From an uncultured bacterium (GTDB lineage Bacteria > Verrucomicrobiota > Kiritimatiellia > CAIKKV01 > CAITUY01): a stretch of DNA of 64,000 nt. Positions 19,189 through 28,278 of the stretch are shown here, piece after piece. The stretch lies in NCBI GenBank assembly GCA_903895695.1, contig CAITUY010000042.1, positions 879 to 64,878 of the forward strand. The letters are read 5' to 3'. Positions within the stretch are counted from its first letter, which is position 1; each line of letters begins with the position of its first letter. Both the position numbers and the translations under genes were made by a program. The notes under the pieces were generated by a model. It was given only the letters and a program-made list of their open reading frames with translations. It ran no database searches and had not been told where the DNA came from.

Positions 19189-20652
19189 TCACTGTTTACC
19201 GGCCTGCGAGGCGATCTCCGCCGCCTCGATGCGGCGAACGCTGGTGCCCAGGGCCATCGCCATGCCGAGGTAGATCATGTTGCGGTAGAAGGTGATCTGC
19301 AGATCGTAGTAGGCGACGATGACCTGCCCGACGATGAACAGGATGACCATCAAGGCGAGGGCCTTGAAATAGGGATCGCGCATGGCGCGGTAGTCGATCA
19401 TGGCTTGCACGATCGCCGTGCCGAAGAACAGCCAGAAGATGGCGAAGCCGACAAACCCGGTCTTGATCCACACCCAATAAAGCGCGCAGTGGGGGATGTA
19501 ACGCCAGAGCGGGAACTCCTCGCCGATGTCGGCGTAGGGCACGACGATCAGGTACTTGTTGCCGAAACCGATGCCGAACGGATAGGCCCGGACGGTCGCC
19601 TTGAGATTGAGCAGTTCCAACTTCCGCCACTCGGTGGACTCGTTATCGACCGTGCCCTCCTGTTTGACGAACATGGACTTGATCTTCTGCGCCGGCATGG
19701 CCAGCCCGCCGCTCTTGTTCCAAAAGGCGGCGGTATAAACGGCGAAAAGCATGGCAACCGGGATCACGACGCGCAACGCCTGGAGCAGGCGTTCGCGCGG
19801 CAGCATGGCCACGACAATGCCCAGGCTGAGGCCGAGCACGCCGTAGGTGATGCGGCGTTGATTGAAAACGAACGTGAGCATGTTGGTGGGCAACGTGGCC
19901 AGCATGAACTTGAACTCCCGGCCGCGGTAGCCGAGGAAATAGCAGGCCGCGAGGAGCACGACGACCGTGACGATGAACAGCGAGTCCTCGTGGCCCAGGA
20001 TCGCGCGCAGGCTCCCCAGATCGCCGTGGCGGGTGATGAAATAGCGCCAGCAACCCTGGAACCCCTTGATGGCCACGCCGACAATGATGATCCACACGCA
20101 GATCCGTACCTGCCGCCGCGTGCGGATGATCTGGGCCGCGATGAAGTAGACGAGGCACAGGTAGTAGAGCGCGCGGATTTCCCACAGCGCCGCCTTCCAG
20201 TCCCCGCCGCGCGCCAGGCCGAAGCCCGTGAAGAACACCATCATCAGCAGAAACACGACGGCAATGCCGACGTTCGGAATCCGGTAGAGATGCCACTCGC
20301 GGCTGACCATGGCACGGAGGAACCAGGCGCCGACGACGACCGCGAGCAGCAACTCGACCGGGTTGAAGACCAGCGGGCCAATACCCGTGCTGCTGTTCAG
20401 GTTGAGGTAGAACGGCACCTTCGTGGTGACCGCGTCCACAAATCCAAAAACACGAAACTGGTCGAGCACCATGGTGGCGCCCAGCAGGATGTACAAGCCC
20501 AGATCCAGGTGACTCACGAGCAGCCACATCGCGAGGACGCCCACGCACAGCGCGGGGATGACGAGGCCGTTGGCGTTGGTCAGCCACAGCAGGCCGGCGC
20601 CGAACGCCGACACCCCAACGGCGGCGATGACGGAGGTGGAGGGCGGGCGCAT
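19189..20652 (-). CDS. Wzy-like polysaccharide polymerase / O-antigen-ligase-family integral membrane protein.
   Basis: 487 aa, about 11-12 TM helices with a large loop near the C-terminal third (Wzy_C-like architecture). Sits between wzx and wzc. Confidence 0.65.
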   Translation of the reverse strand: MRPPSTSVIAAVGVSAFGAGLLWLTNANGLVIPALCVGVLAMWLLVSHLDLGLYILLGATMVLDQFRVFGFVDAVTTKVPFYLNLNSSTGIGPLVFNPVELLLAVVVGAWFLRAMVSREWHLYRIPNVGIAVVFLLMMVFFTGFGLARGGDWKAALWEIRALYYLCLVYFIAAQIIRTRRQVRICVWIIIVGVAIKGFQGCWRYFITRHGDLGSLRAILGHEDSLFIVTVVVLLAACYFLGYRGREFKFMLATLPTNMLTFVFNQRRITYGVLGLSLGIVVAMLPRERLLQALRVVIPVAMLFAVYTAAFWNKSGGLAMPAQKIKSMFVKQEGTVDNESTEWRKLELLNLKATVRAYPFGIGFGNKYLIVVPYADIGEEFPLWRYIPHCALYWVWIKTGFVGFAIFWLFFGTAIVQAMIDYRAMRDPYFKALALMVILFIVGQVIVAYYDLQITFYRNMIYLGMAMALGTSVRRIEAAEIASQAGKQ

Positions 20653-20660
20653 GCGGCAGC

Positions 20661-20795
20661 CTAAAACGTCAGGCGCGTGAAGAGCAGGACGCCCACGATG
20701 GCCAGCATCATGGCCACGATGGTCCAGCGGCCGATCTCGCGCACCACGGCGCCGGTGGTGAAGAAGATCGCCAGCATGAGCAGGATCATCTTCAT
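20661..20795 (-). CDS. Candidate 44-aa hydrophobic micro-protein (two predicted TM helices), absent from the supplied ORF track.
   Basis: Reverse-strand translation by eye: MKMILLMLAIFFTTGAVVREIGRWTIVAMMLAIVGVLLFTRLTF*. ATG lies 4 nt after the wzc stop, in a 147-bp gap between wzy and wzc. Confidence 0.3.
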   Translation of the reverse strand: MKMILLMLAIFFTTGAVVREIGRWTIVAMMLAIVGVLLFTRLTF

Positions 20796-20799
20796 GCGA

Positions 20800-23130
20800 T
20801 CACACCCAGCGATAGAGCCACTCGGGAATCCAGTACTCGGTGTAGTTCACAACCACCCCGACGAGCTTCTCCCGCGGCAGTCTCCGGGCGGCGGCTTCGA
20901 TCACTTTCGCCTTGGTGGCGTACAACTGGCTCACTAGCAGCACCCCGTCGGTCTGCGGCGCGATCAGCAGGCCGTCCGAATGCGACGTAAGGTCGGGGAC
21001 CTCGATCAACACGACGGCGAAACGGTCGCGCGCCTGGTCGAGCAGGCGGCTGAAGGCGGCGGAGTTGAACAGCACCTCGCCATACTCGATCGTCTTGCCG
21101 GCTGGCAGCAGCGAAAGGTTCGGATTCGCGGTCGCCACGATCGCGCCGTCCAGCGCCACGCGACCGTCGAGCACATCCCCCAGCCCCGGCACGCCGCCGG
21201 CCTGGAACAAGGCCGACAAACCCGGGCTCTGCAGGCTGGCATCCACCAACAGCACCGGTTGCCGCAGATCGCTGGCCAGCACCACCCCGAGGTTAGCTGT
21301 CAGCAGCGTCTTGCCCTCCCGAGGCTTCGCGCTGGCGACCATCAGAACCAGCGGCGCGGGGGGCTCATAGGCGGCGCGGACGGCGATGCCGATATGACGG
21401 ACGCGCTCCATGAAGTCATCCAGGGCCTCCTCCTGCGGATCATCCGACGCGCCCGCCCGCTGCACCCGTGCGGCGCTCACGAGGAAGCCGGGCGACACGG
21501 TCCAAGGTAGATCGAAACGGCGGGCGCGGAAGGCCACTCCCAGCCCCGCCTTGAGCCGCGCGGTCGCCTTCCGGGTCCAAGTCCAGCGCGGCCGGCTGGT
21601 CGCCGCCACCAACCGATCCAAGGGCTTCTGCAGCCAGGCCGGCAGGATCAGCGGTGCCTTCCCCCGGTACAGCTTGGGCAGGGCGCCAATCAGCGGCACT
21701 CCCAGCCGCCGGCTCAGGTCGCCCGGCCGGCACAGCCTCGGATCCCCGAACTCCAGCACAAAGACAATCAGGAACCCGAGGCAGAACCCGCCGCCCACGC
21801 CGGCCGCGAGAAAATTCTTGCGGATCGGCTTGTACCGCGACAGCGCGACGAGGGGCGGATCGATGATGGTAAAACGGTTGGTCTGCTGCTCGAACTCGAC
21901 TTCGCGGGAAACGCGAGCCTGCTCCAGCTTCATGCGCAGGTTGTCATAGATCTCCCGCGTCAGCTTGACCTCGCCCTCCATCCGCGCCTGGTCCCGTTCC
22001 AGTTGCGGGACGGCCAGGAGTTTCTGCCGTGTCTCGCCCGCCATGCGGTTGAATTCCTCGACCTTCTGTTCCAGGACCTTGATCTTGATGCGCGCGTCTT
22101 CCCGGCGGGCCGTAACCTCCTGGAAGACCGGCGAGCGTACTTCCTGGGTCTCGGACGCCTGGTTCTTCTCCTTCTCGTGTTCCAGCAGGTCCTTGATGTA
22201 TTCCATCTCGCGCTGGAGCTTGAGCACTTCGGGGTGCGATTTGTCCCGCGTGGCCAGCAGGTTACCCATCCGCAACGACAACTCCTGGTACTGGCGCTGA
22301 TACGGCGTGTTCTGGACGAAAAGGGCCTGCGAGACCACCATCGGCTTCTCGCCGGCCAGCCGTTCGGTCAGCAGCTTTTCGTTCAGGTGCTCCTGCTTGA
22401 GTTCCAGATCGGCGTCCAGCGCCTTGGCGGTGTAGTCGTGCAACTGGCCTCCGAGGCCCAGGAGTTGCTGCAACGTCTCGGCGTTCGCCTGGCGGAAATC
22501 CTGAAGCGCCCCCTCCATGCGCTCAAGTTCCTCGCGATAATGATCGAGTTCCTTCTGGATGAAGTCCACCGCGGCCATCGCCTCGCGCCGGCTGCCGTGC
22601 AGGCTCTTCTCAATGAACAAACGGCTGATGGCATCCACCAGGTCCCGGGCCATCACCGGATCCGCCGCCGAACAGCCGATCTGAAACGAGTCCGCCGCCA
22701 GGCCGATCAGATGAATGTTCGCGCGAATCTGGTTGACCAGTGCCTCAAGTTCCGCGTCGTTCCTGAGCTTCTTGTCCAATCCCAGCTTGCGAATGGTGTC
22801 CTCGATCAGCGGCCGGCTGTAGATAATCTTCTGGAACGAGCCCAGCCGGTTGTAATCGGTCATCGCCACGGCCGTTTCATACCGGACCAGCGGGTTGAGA
22901 ATGTCCTCCTTGCCCAGCAGGATCGTGGTCGAAGACATATAGCTGGGTTTGACGATGAGGCTGGCCAGCAGGCTCAGAATCGGCGTCAGGATCAGCACGA
23001 CCAGAAAAAGTCGCTTCCGGCGGAACACGGTTTCCAGGAGGTAACGCAGACTGAAATCGCCTGCGACGCGCGTCTCCGGCGTCGTGGGCTGGGTCCGTCT
23101 GGGCACCTTGCTGCTCATCCGCGGGATCAA
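20800..23130 (-). CDS. wzc: Wzc-like polysaccharide co-polymerase with C-terminal BY-kinase (tyrosine autokinase) domain.
   Basis: N-terminal TM plus Wzz-like region, a long coiled-coil periplasmic segment and a second TM (FLAAGVGGGFCLGFLIVFVL). Then Walker A VASAKPREGKTLL, Walker A' VLLVDASLQSP and a C-terminal Tyr cluster (NYTEYWIPEWLYRWV). Start is TTG 23130 or ATG 23118. Confidence 0.8.
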   Translation of the reverse strand: MIPRMSSKVPRRTQPTTPETRVAGDFSLRYLLETVFRRKRLFLVVLILTPILSLLASLIVKPSYMSSTTILLGKEDILNPLVRYETAVAMTDYNRLGSFQKIIYSRPLIEDTIRKLGLDKKLRNDAELEALVNQIRANIHLIGLAADSFQIGCSAADPVMARDLVDAISRLFIEKSLHGSRREAMAAVDFIQKELDHYREELERMEGALQDFRQANAETLQQLLGLGGQLHDYTAKALDADLELKQEHLNEKLLTERLAGEKPMVVSQALFVQNTPYQRQYQELSLRMGNLLATRDKSHPEVLKLQREMEYIKDLLEHEKEKNQASETQEVRSPVFQEVTARREDARIKIKVLEQKVEEFNRMAGETRQKLLAVPQLERDQARMEGEVKLTREIYDNLRMKLEQARVSREVEFEQQTNRFTIIDPPLVALSRYKPIRKNFLAAGVGGGFCLGFLIVFVLEFGDPRLCRPGDLSRRLGVPLIGALPKLYRGKAPLILPAWLQKPLDRLVAATSRPRWTWTRKATARLKAGLGVAFRARRFDLPWTVSPGFLVSAARVQRAGASDDPQEEALDDFMERVRHIGIAVRAAYEPPAPLVLMVASAKPREGKTLLTANLGVVLASDLRQPVLLVDASLQSPGLSALFQAGGVPGLGDVLDGRVALDGAIVATANPNLSLLPAGKTIEYGEVLFNSAAFSRLLDQARDRFAVVLIEVPDLTSHSDGLLIAPQTDGVLLVSQLYATKAKVIEAAARRLPREKLVGVVVNYTEYWIPEWLYRWV

Positions 23131-24125
23131 TTCTTCTTGTTGAGGGTCTGCAGGGTCGCGCCGAGCAACACCGTGTTGATCGACGGCGTCAACTGGCCGA
23201 GGTAGTAGTTGAACGTCGCCACGCCCTTGCGCGGCACGTAAACGATGTCGCCGGACTCAATCGCCGGGTTGTCCGTGACTTTGCCGCCCAGCATGCCCTG
23301 CATGTTCACGGTCAGGACCGTGGCCTTCCCGGACTTGTCGCGTCGGACCACGCGCACCTTGCTCAATTGCGCATCATGCGTTTCGCCGCCCGCGAGCGCT
23401 ACTGCCCGGACCACGTCCACGTCCTGGCCCCGGGCGAACACGCCGGGCCGAGCCACTTCACCGAGCACGTAGAAGGTGTGTTCCTCGTCGGCCTTGACGT
23501 AGACGGCATCCTCCGGCAACAGGGGGATGTTCAACGTACGATCGCCTTTGCGCAGCAGGTCATAGAGATTGATCTCGATCACCGTGCCGCGCCCGCGCAC
23601 CACCGTGCAACCGCGCATATCCGCCTTGTCCGTCAGTCCTTCCGCCCGCGCCAGGGCACTGAGCAGCAACGGCCGGCCCGGGAAGTTGTACTGACCCGGC
23701 TTGCGCACCTCGCCGAGCACGAAAATGCGGTTGTTGTTGTACTCCTGAACGATGATGTTGACCGTCGGGTTCAGGTAGGCGGGCTTCAGCAAGGCCTCGA
23801 TCTTCGCCTCCGCCTGCTCCCGGGTCAAGCCGTCCAGGCTCACCACCCCCACGCCCGGCACCGTGATCTTGCCGTCGGGGCCGATGACGTAATTGCGGTT
23901 CAGTTCCGCCACGTCCATGGCATAAAGTTGCACCACGTCGCCGGCGCCCAGCAGGTAGTCGCCGGCACCGATCTCCAGCGTCTTGAGCTGTTCAGCCGTC
24001 AGCCCCATGGAGGGCTGGTTTGTCGCCTCCGAGGGCGCCCCGCCGGCCTCGGGAGCGGCCCGCGGCGGGACGGTCACGCAGGCGGACAGGCCGAGAAGCA
24101 GTAAGATAGAGGCCGCTTTGTTCAT
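23127..24125 (-). CDS. wza: Wza-like outer-membrane polysaccharide export lipoprotein (OPX family).
   Basis: Lipobox LLLLGLSAC. Poly_export/SLBB-type segments (DYLLGAGDVVQL..., PGQYNFPG). 332 aa. Confidence 0.8.
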   Translation of the reverse strand: MNKAASILLLLGLSACVTVPPRAAPEAGGAPSEATNQPSMGLTAEQLKTLEIGAGDYLLGAGDVVQLYAMDVAELNRNYVIGPDGKITVPGVGVVSLDGLTREQAEAKIEALLKPAYLNPTVNIIVQEYNNNRIFVLGEVRKPGQYNFPGRPLLLSALARAEGLTDKADMRGCTVVRGRGTVIEINLYDLLRKGDRTLNIPLLPEDAVYVKADEEHTFYVLGEVARPGVFARGQDVDVVRAVALAGGETHDAQLSKVRVVRRDKSGKATVLTVNMQGMLGGKVTDNPAIESGDIVYVPRKGVATFNYYLGQLTPSINTVLLGATLQTLNKKN

Positions 24126-25756
24126 GACTTTTGCGGAAATCTCAGGTGATAGATGCTGCGAGGCGCCAGGGCCCGTCGCACGCCATCTCTTTGCACCGGA
24201 ACCGGTTCCTTCGTCGCTTCAATGCCGTCCCCCTGTTCGCCGACACGGTATTCATTCCCCGGAAGCAGGTCAATGCCTTTGAACTCGACCCTGAGGGTTT
24301 GCGTCAACGCCGACTTGTTGACGACGATGAGGGTGACGACCTTCCGCTCCTCGTCGCGAGCGGCATACACAGACAGGCGCTCATGGCCCTCGGCCGGGGT
24401 CGTCCAAGCGACATCGAGGCGCGCGTTGCCGAAGGCGGCCTCGTGGCCGTCCGCGTTCCGATACAAAGCGTAGGCTGCCGCCGTCGGCGACCCTTCCTGC
24501 GGATAGGTCCAGTAGCAGGCCAGATCGAGCCCTTCGCGGCCGAAGATGCCCAGGATGTCGGCCAGCGCCAGCGCGCCGCTGATATCCTCCTCACCGCCCC
24601 AGTTGTACTCAGTGATGCCGGTCTTCAAGCCCGGATAGTACCGCCCCACCCAGCGCTGCAACCGCGGGATCAACGTGATTCGGTCGTTGATCCACGAAGG
24701 ATCCCGGTAGGCCGGATCGAAAAGCGAGCGTGTTGTCTCGACCCGCAGGGCCGTCGCCTTCACATCGACGGACGCGGAGTGCACGCCTTCGGCTTGCGGA
24801 TAGAAGTGAACCGTCACGACGTCCAGCAGCCGTTCGCCCGTACGATCCTCGTGCGCCTTCAGTTGTTTGAGGAACCAGGGCAGGAAGTCCTCTCCGCCGT
24901 GACTGGCCCGATCGCGGTTGCTCCCGGTCTCGCGGTCCAGGGCGGACTGGGCATAGGCCGGCCAGCCCCATAGATCCGGGCCGGTAATGGGAGCGCCCGG
25001 CGCGGCCTGACGGACCGCGTGTGCCATGGCGACGAATTTCTCCAGATACTCGTCGTAGGACACCGGGTTGGGATGCACGTCGCGATGCGTGACGTTCCAC
25101 AGCATGGGCTCGTTGCCCAGCGCGAACAGCACCCGGTGCTCTTCGAATAGCTTCGGGAACTCCTGCTCCATTTGGCGGATCCACTCGGCCACAAAGGACG
25201 GGTCGGCCACCACGGAGGTATCGGAACGATCATTCCCAGTCACGGGCTTCCCATCCGGCCGTAATCCGTTGCCGGCATCCGGACGGCCCGGGTCGGTCTT
25301 CTCCTGCGGCCCGTATTTGCGCACGGAAAACGATGTCGAATGCGTGTCTTTAGCCACAAATCCCACCAGCGGCAGCGTCACCAGTGCCCGTCCACCGGAC
25401 TGTTCGGCCCGCCGCAGGAAGCCCTGCCAGGCGTTATGCTCGACGGCCACGTTTTCGAAGAACCAGTCGTTACCGGTGTTCCACGCGTCGCCCAGCTTCC
25501 AGTTGTACCGGCAGGCCGTATTGCCCCCCCAGCGGTTCAGCGGTACGCAGGCATTGGTTAGCAATCGCAGCGGCGCCGCGGCCATGCCGTATATGTCAGG
25601 CGAAATCTGCTGGGGCTTCGCCGGGAGACTGATCCGGCACGTCGGCATCGGTGCAAGCAAGTCCGCGGCGTCCACGCGCCCGGCCGAGGCCGCCATGAGC
25701 CCGGCGATGCTGGCGGCGCCAAGTGCTCCGGCTATCCGCCATCGCTGTCGCGTCAT
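24122..25756 (-). CDS. Secreted glycoside-hydrolase-like protein (TIM-barrel GH; family not assignable by eye).
   Basis: Signal peptide [26 protein letters not shown]. Conserved block [28 protein letters not shown]. Start trimmed to ATG 25756 (ATGA overlap with the upstream gene); the track's 81-aa [10 protein letters not shown] extension is rejected. Confidence 0.6.
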   Translation of the reverse strand: MTRQRWRIAGALGAASIAGLMAASAGRVDAADLLAPMPTCRISLPAKPQQISPDIYGMAAAPLRLLTNACVPLNRWGGNTACRYNWKLGDAWNTGNDWFFENVAVEHNAWQGFLRRAEQSGGRALVTLPLVGFVAKDTHSTSFSVRKYGPQEKTDPGRPDAGNGLRPDGKPVTGNDRSDTSVVADPSFVAEWIRQMEQEFPKLFEEHRVLFALGNEPMLWNVTHRDVHPNPVSYDEYLEKFVAMAHAVRQAAPGAPITGPDLWGWPAYAQSALDRETGSNRDRASHGGEDFLPWFLKQLKAHEDRTGERLLDVVTVHFYPQAEGVHSASVDVKATALRVETTRSLFDPAYRDPSWINDRITLIPRLQRWVGRYYPGLKTGITEYNWGGEEDISGALALADILGIFGREGLDLACYWTYPQEGSPTAAAYALYRNADGHEAAFGNARLDVAWTTPAEGHERLSVYAARDEERKVVTLIVVNKSALTQTLRVEFKGIDLLPGNEYRVGEQGDGIEATKEPVPVQRDGVRRALAPRSIYHLRFPQKS

Positions 25757-26307
25757 GTGGCTTCCAGGGCTCGCAGCATACGGGCGGGCACGCCCGCGGC
25801 GAGCACGTTGGGCGGGATATCGCGCGTCACGACGGCCCCGGCGCCGACCACGGCCCCTTCCCCGATACTCACGCCCGGCAGCACCGTGACCCGCGCGCCC
25901 AGCCACGCGCCGCAGCCGACGCGAACCGGCTTGCACTCCGACTGGCCCGCACGGAACGTGGGCCGGCCGATCGCATGGGTGACCGTGAGAAACAGGCATT
26001 CCATCCCGACCGAAACGCCATCCTCCAGCACAATGTCACCGCCCAGGTTGAAGGCCACGCCTTCATTGAGGTAACAGTTCTGTCCAATGCTGAGGCACTT
26101 GGCTGGAGAGCCGTTTCCCGTGAGATGCAACGACCCGGAAAGAACCGTGCCGCGGCCGATCCGCAAGCCACCGAGCCGGTACAGACGCGGGCGCAACCGC
26201 AACCCGGTTCCCGACGGGATCAGCGCCCCCAGAAGCCGAACCAGCCTCCACCGCGGGTGCAGACCTTCGATTTCGCTTACGAACAGGGATTTCACAGAAC
26301 CATTCAT
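25753..26307 (-). CDS. Hexapeptide-repeat acyltransferase.
   Basis: [52 protein letters not shown] LbH motif. First gene of the minus-strand array, facing a divergent promoter gap at 26308-26429. Confidence 0.7.
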   Translation of the reverse strand: MNGSVKSLFVSEIEGLHPRWRLVRLLGALIPSGTGLRLRPRLYRLGGLRIGRGTVLSGSLHLTGNGSPAKCLSIGQNCYLNEGVAFNLGGDIVLEDGVSVGMECLFLTVTHAIGRPTFRAGQSECKPVRVGCGAWLGARVTVLPGVSIGEGAVVGAGAVVTRDIPPNVLAAGVPARMLRALEAT

Positions 26308-26429
26308 GGCGGAAATACCCTTGCACAACGCCAGGGCTGAATCAAGCCTTGCAGCGGGCAGAATTGGAACTTCTCAGGCGTCAGGACGTGGCCTATAGTG
26401 GCCGAAACCGCGTGACTTGGGGGACATTC

Positions 26430-27932
26430 ATGGGCGAAGGGCAGACACCGCAACCATCGACCGTCGTTGTACTGGGAATCCCCTTCCACAACGTCAGCTT
26501 CGAAGAAACGGTGGCTTGGGCGCGCGACCGGATTCGATCGCGGAAGCCCGGTTACATTGCCACGGCGAACATCGACTTCGTCATGCAGGCCCGGCGCGAC
26601 CCGGAACTGCAACGCATTCTTCTCGAAGCCGACCTGGTAGTGGCCGATGGCATTCCCATTGTGTGGCTCTCGGGCTGGCTCGGCCCGCGCCTCAAGGCCC
26701 GCGTGACAGGCAGCGACCTGGTCCCCCTGTTTGCCGAGATGGCCCGCGACAATGGGTTCTCGCTCTTCAACCTCGGCGGAGCGCCGGGCGTGGCAGAGAA
26801 GGCGGCTGAAGTCCTGGTGCAACGCTTCCCCGGCCTGCGGATCGCCGGCTGCTACTCGCCGCCCAAGGCGGACGTACTGAACATGAACCACGCCGAAATC
26901 CTGGCGAGGCTTGAGGCAGCCCAGCCCGACCTGCTGCTCGTGGCCTTCGGCGCGCCCAAGCAGGAGAAATGGGTCAACTTCAATCTCGGGCGCTTGAAGG
27001 TTCCGGTCTCCATCGGCATCGGCGGCTCGCTAGATTTTCTGGCGGGCGCCCAGACACGGGCGCCGAAGCTCGTGCAGCGGCTGGCCCTGGAGTGGCTCTG
27101 GCGCATGCTGAGCGACCCCCCCCGCCTTTTCCGCCGCTACGTGGGGAACATCGGGTTCCTGTTTTCGGCCGTCATGAAACTGCTGGCCGCCCGACTCGGC
27201 GCGGATCGGGCTGAAGAGCCGCTGGCCGGCTCGGCGGCCGCCGCGGAACTGGGCCGGCTCGCACTCGTCGAGGCCTACGTGCGCATCCGCGACGCCGTCG
27301 AAGCGGAGGCGTTTCAGGCCCGCCTCGCCGCCCTGCCGGACAGCCGTCCCATTGTATTGGACCTGGCCGGGGTGCCCTGGTTGTCGAGCCTCGAGCTGGG
27401 CGTGCTCCTGCGCCTCACCACGTTCTGCCGCGGTCGCAACCAGGGCCTGCTCCTGACCGGCATCGGCACGCGTGTACGGCGCCTGCTGGCCCTGTACCGC
27501 CTGACGGAGTACCTGGAGCTTACGGACGCGGCCGGGGCGATTGCCGCAGCAACCAAGGCCTGTGACGCGTCCGCCCGCGAAGGCCGGATCGACCGCGCCG
27601 AACAGGGCCGGCTGACGGCGAGCTTGCCGACCGAGCTGATGGCGGCCAACCTGGACGGGTTCAAGCGACTCTGGGAGGCAAACCCCGACCTGCCGTCGGC
27701 TCGCGAATGGATTCTTGACGCGTCGCTGACGCGCTTTGTGGACAGTGCGGCGCTGGGTTTCTTCGTTGGCCTGAAGAAACGCGCGACCGATGCGGGCATT
27801 GCGCTCCGTTTTACGGGTGTCCAGGCGCGCGTCCGCCAGACGTGCCGTATCGCCAGGGTGGAGTCCGTGTTGCTGGAGCCAGAAATCCCGCCCGCGGACG
27901 CTACGACGTCGCGCCCGCCAGCACCTCGCTAA
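26430..27932 (+). CDS. Fusion protein: GT26 (WecG/TagA/CpsF-type) glycosyltransferase domain plus two tandem STAS (anti-sigma-factor-antagonist) domains.
   Basis: N-terminal 250 aa: VVVLGIPFHNVSFEET...YIATANIDFVMQA...ADGIPIVWLS...KQEKWV...GIGGSLDFLAG is the GT26 signature pattern. C-terminus: IVLDLAGVPWLSSLELGVLLRL...GLLLTGIGTRVRRLLALYRL and ILDASLTRFVDSAALGFFVGLKKRATDAGIALRFTGVQARVRQTCRIARV are two SpoIIAA-like STAS units, each with the DSS/DSA phospho-serine position. GGGGGA RBS before ATG 26430. Confidence 0.75.
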   Translation: MGEGQTPQPSTVVVLGIPFHNVSFEETVAWARDRIRSRKPGYIATANIDFVMQARRDPELQRILLEADLVVADGIPIVWLSGWLGPRLKARVTGSDLVPLFAEMARDNGFSLFNLGGAPGVAEKAAEVLVQRFPGLRIAGCYSPPKADVLNMNHAEILARLEAAQPDLLLVAFGAPKQEKWVNFNLGRLKVPVSIGIGGSLDFLAGAQTRAPKLVQRLALEWLWRMLSDPPRLFRRYVGNIGFLFSAVMKLLAARLGADRAEEPLAGSAAAAELGRLALVEAYVRIRDAVEAEAFQARLAALPDSRPIVLDLAGVPWLSSLELGVLLRLTTFCRGRNQGLLLTGIGTRVRRLLALYRLTEYLELTDAAGAIAAATKACDASAREGRIDRAEQGRLTASLPTELMAANLDGFKRLWEANPDLPSAREWILDASLTRFVDSAALGFFVGLKKRATDAGIALRFTGVQARVRQTCRIARVESVLLEPEIPPADATTSRPPAPR

Positions 27933-28278
27933 GCGTGGCGAGCAGTTCCTCACGACGGATCGGTTTGAGCAAGGCCTTGGCCGCGCCCAGGTGCATCGCC
28001 GCTTTCAATATCCCCACGTTACTGTGAGTACCGCCGCCCGACATGGCCACAATTTTCGCATTCACGTCGAGGAGCCGGAGATCGCGAATCGTTTCGAGCC
28101 CGTCCTTGACGGGCATGAACAGATCCAACAGAACAACGTCGGCCGGCTGAGCCGCGTACTGCTTCAGCCCCTGGACGCCATCCTCCGCCTCGCAAACCTC
28201 GTAGCCCGCCGGCTCCAACTGCCGCCGTATGACCACCCGGATATCCGCCCTGTCTTCGATGATCAGTACTTTAGGCAT
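27901..28278 (-). CDS. Single-domain response regulator (CheY-like REC).
   Basis: KVLIIEDRADIRVVIRRQLEPAGYEV...DVVLLDLFMPVKDGLETIRDLR has the acidic pocket and phospho-acceptor Asp. Start is ATG 28278 or 28287. Confidence 0.8.
   Translation of the reverse strand: MPKVLIIEDRADIRVVIRRQLEPAGYEVCEAEDGVQGLKQYAAQPADVVLLDLFMPVKDGLETIRDLRLLDVNAKIVAMSGGGTHSNVGILKAAMHLGAAKALLKPIRREELLATLSEVLAGATS

Noticed and set aside
19147-20664. 505-aa plus-strand ORF and a 314-aa minus alternative frame over the wzy-like gene.
   Set aside because: D/E/R/H-rich with no hydrophobic segments, whereas the chosen frame encodes a coherent 11-12-TM membrane protein.
22003-23205. 400-aa plus-strand ORF antisense to wzc.
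   Set aside because: Junk composition. wzc on the other strand has Walker motifs and the Wzz/BY-kinase architecture.
25757-25999. N-terminal Arg/Gly-rich extensions of track ORFs (for example 24122..25999, 53858..55888, 57237..58685, 28271..29941, 29704..30219).
   Set aside because: Extensions overlap upstream genes, have RGRGRR-type composition and lack an RBS. Internal ATGs with an RBS or ATGA coupling give proteins with proper signal peptides or N-termini.
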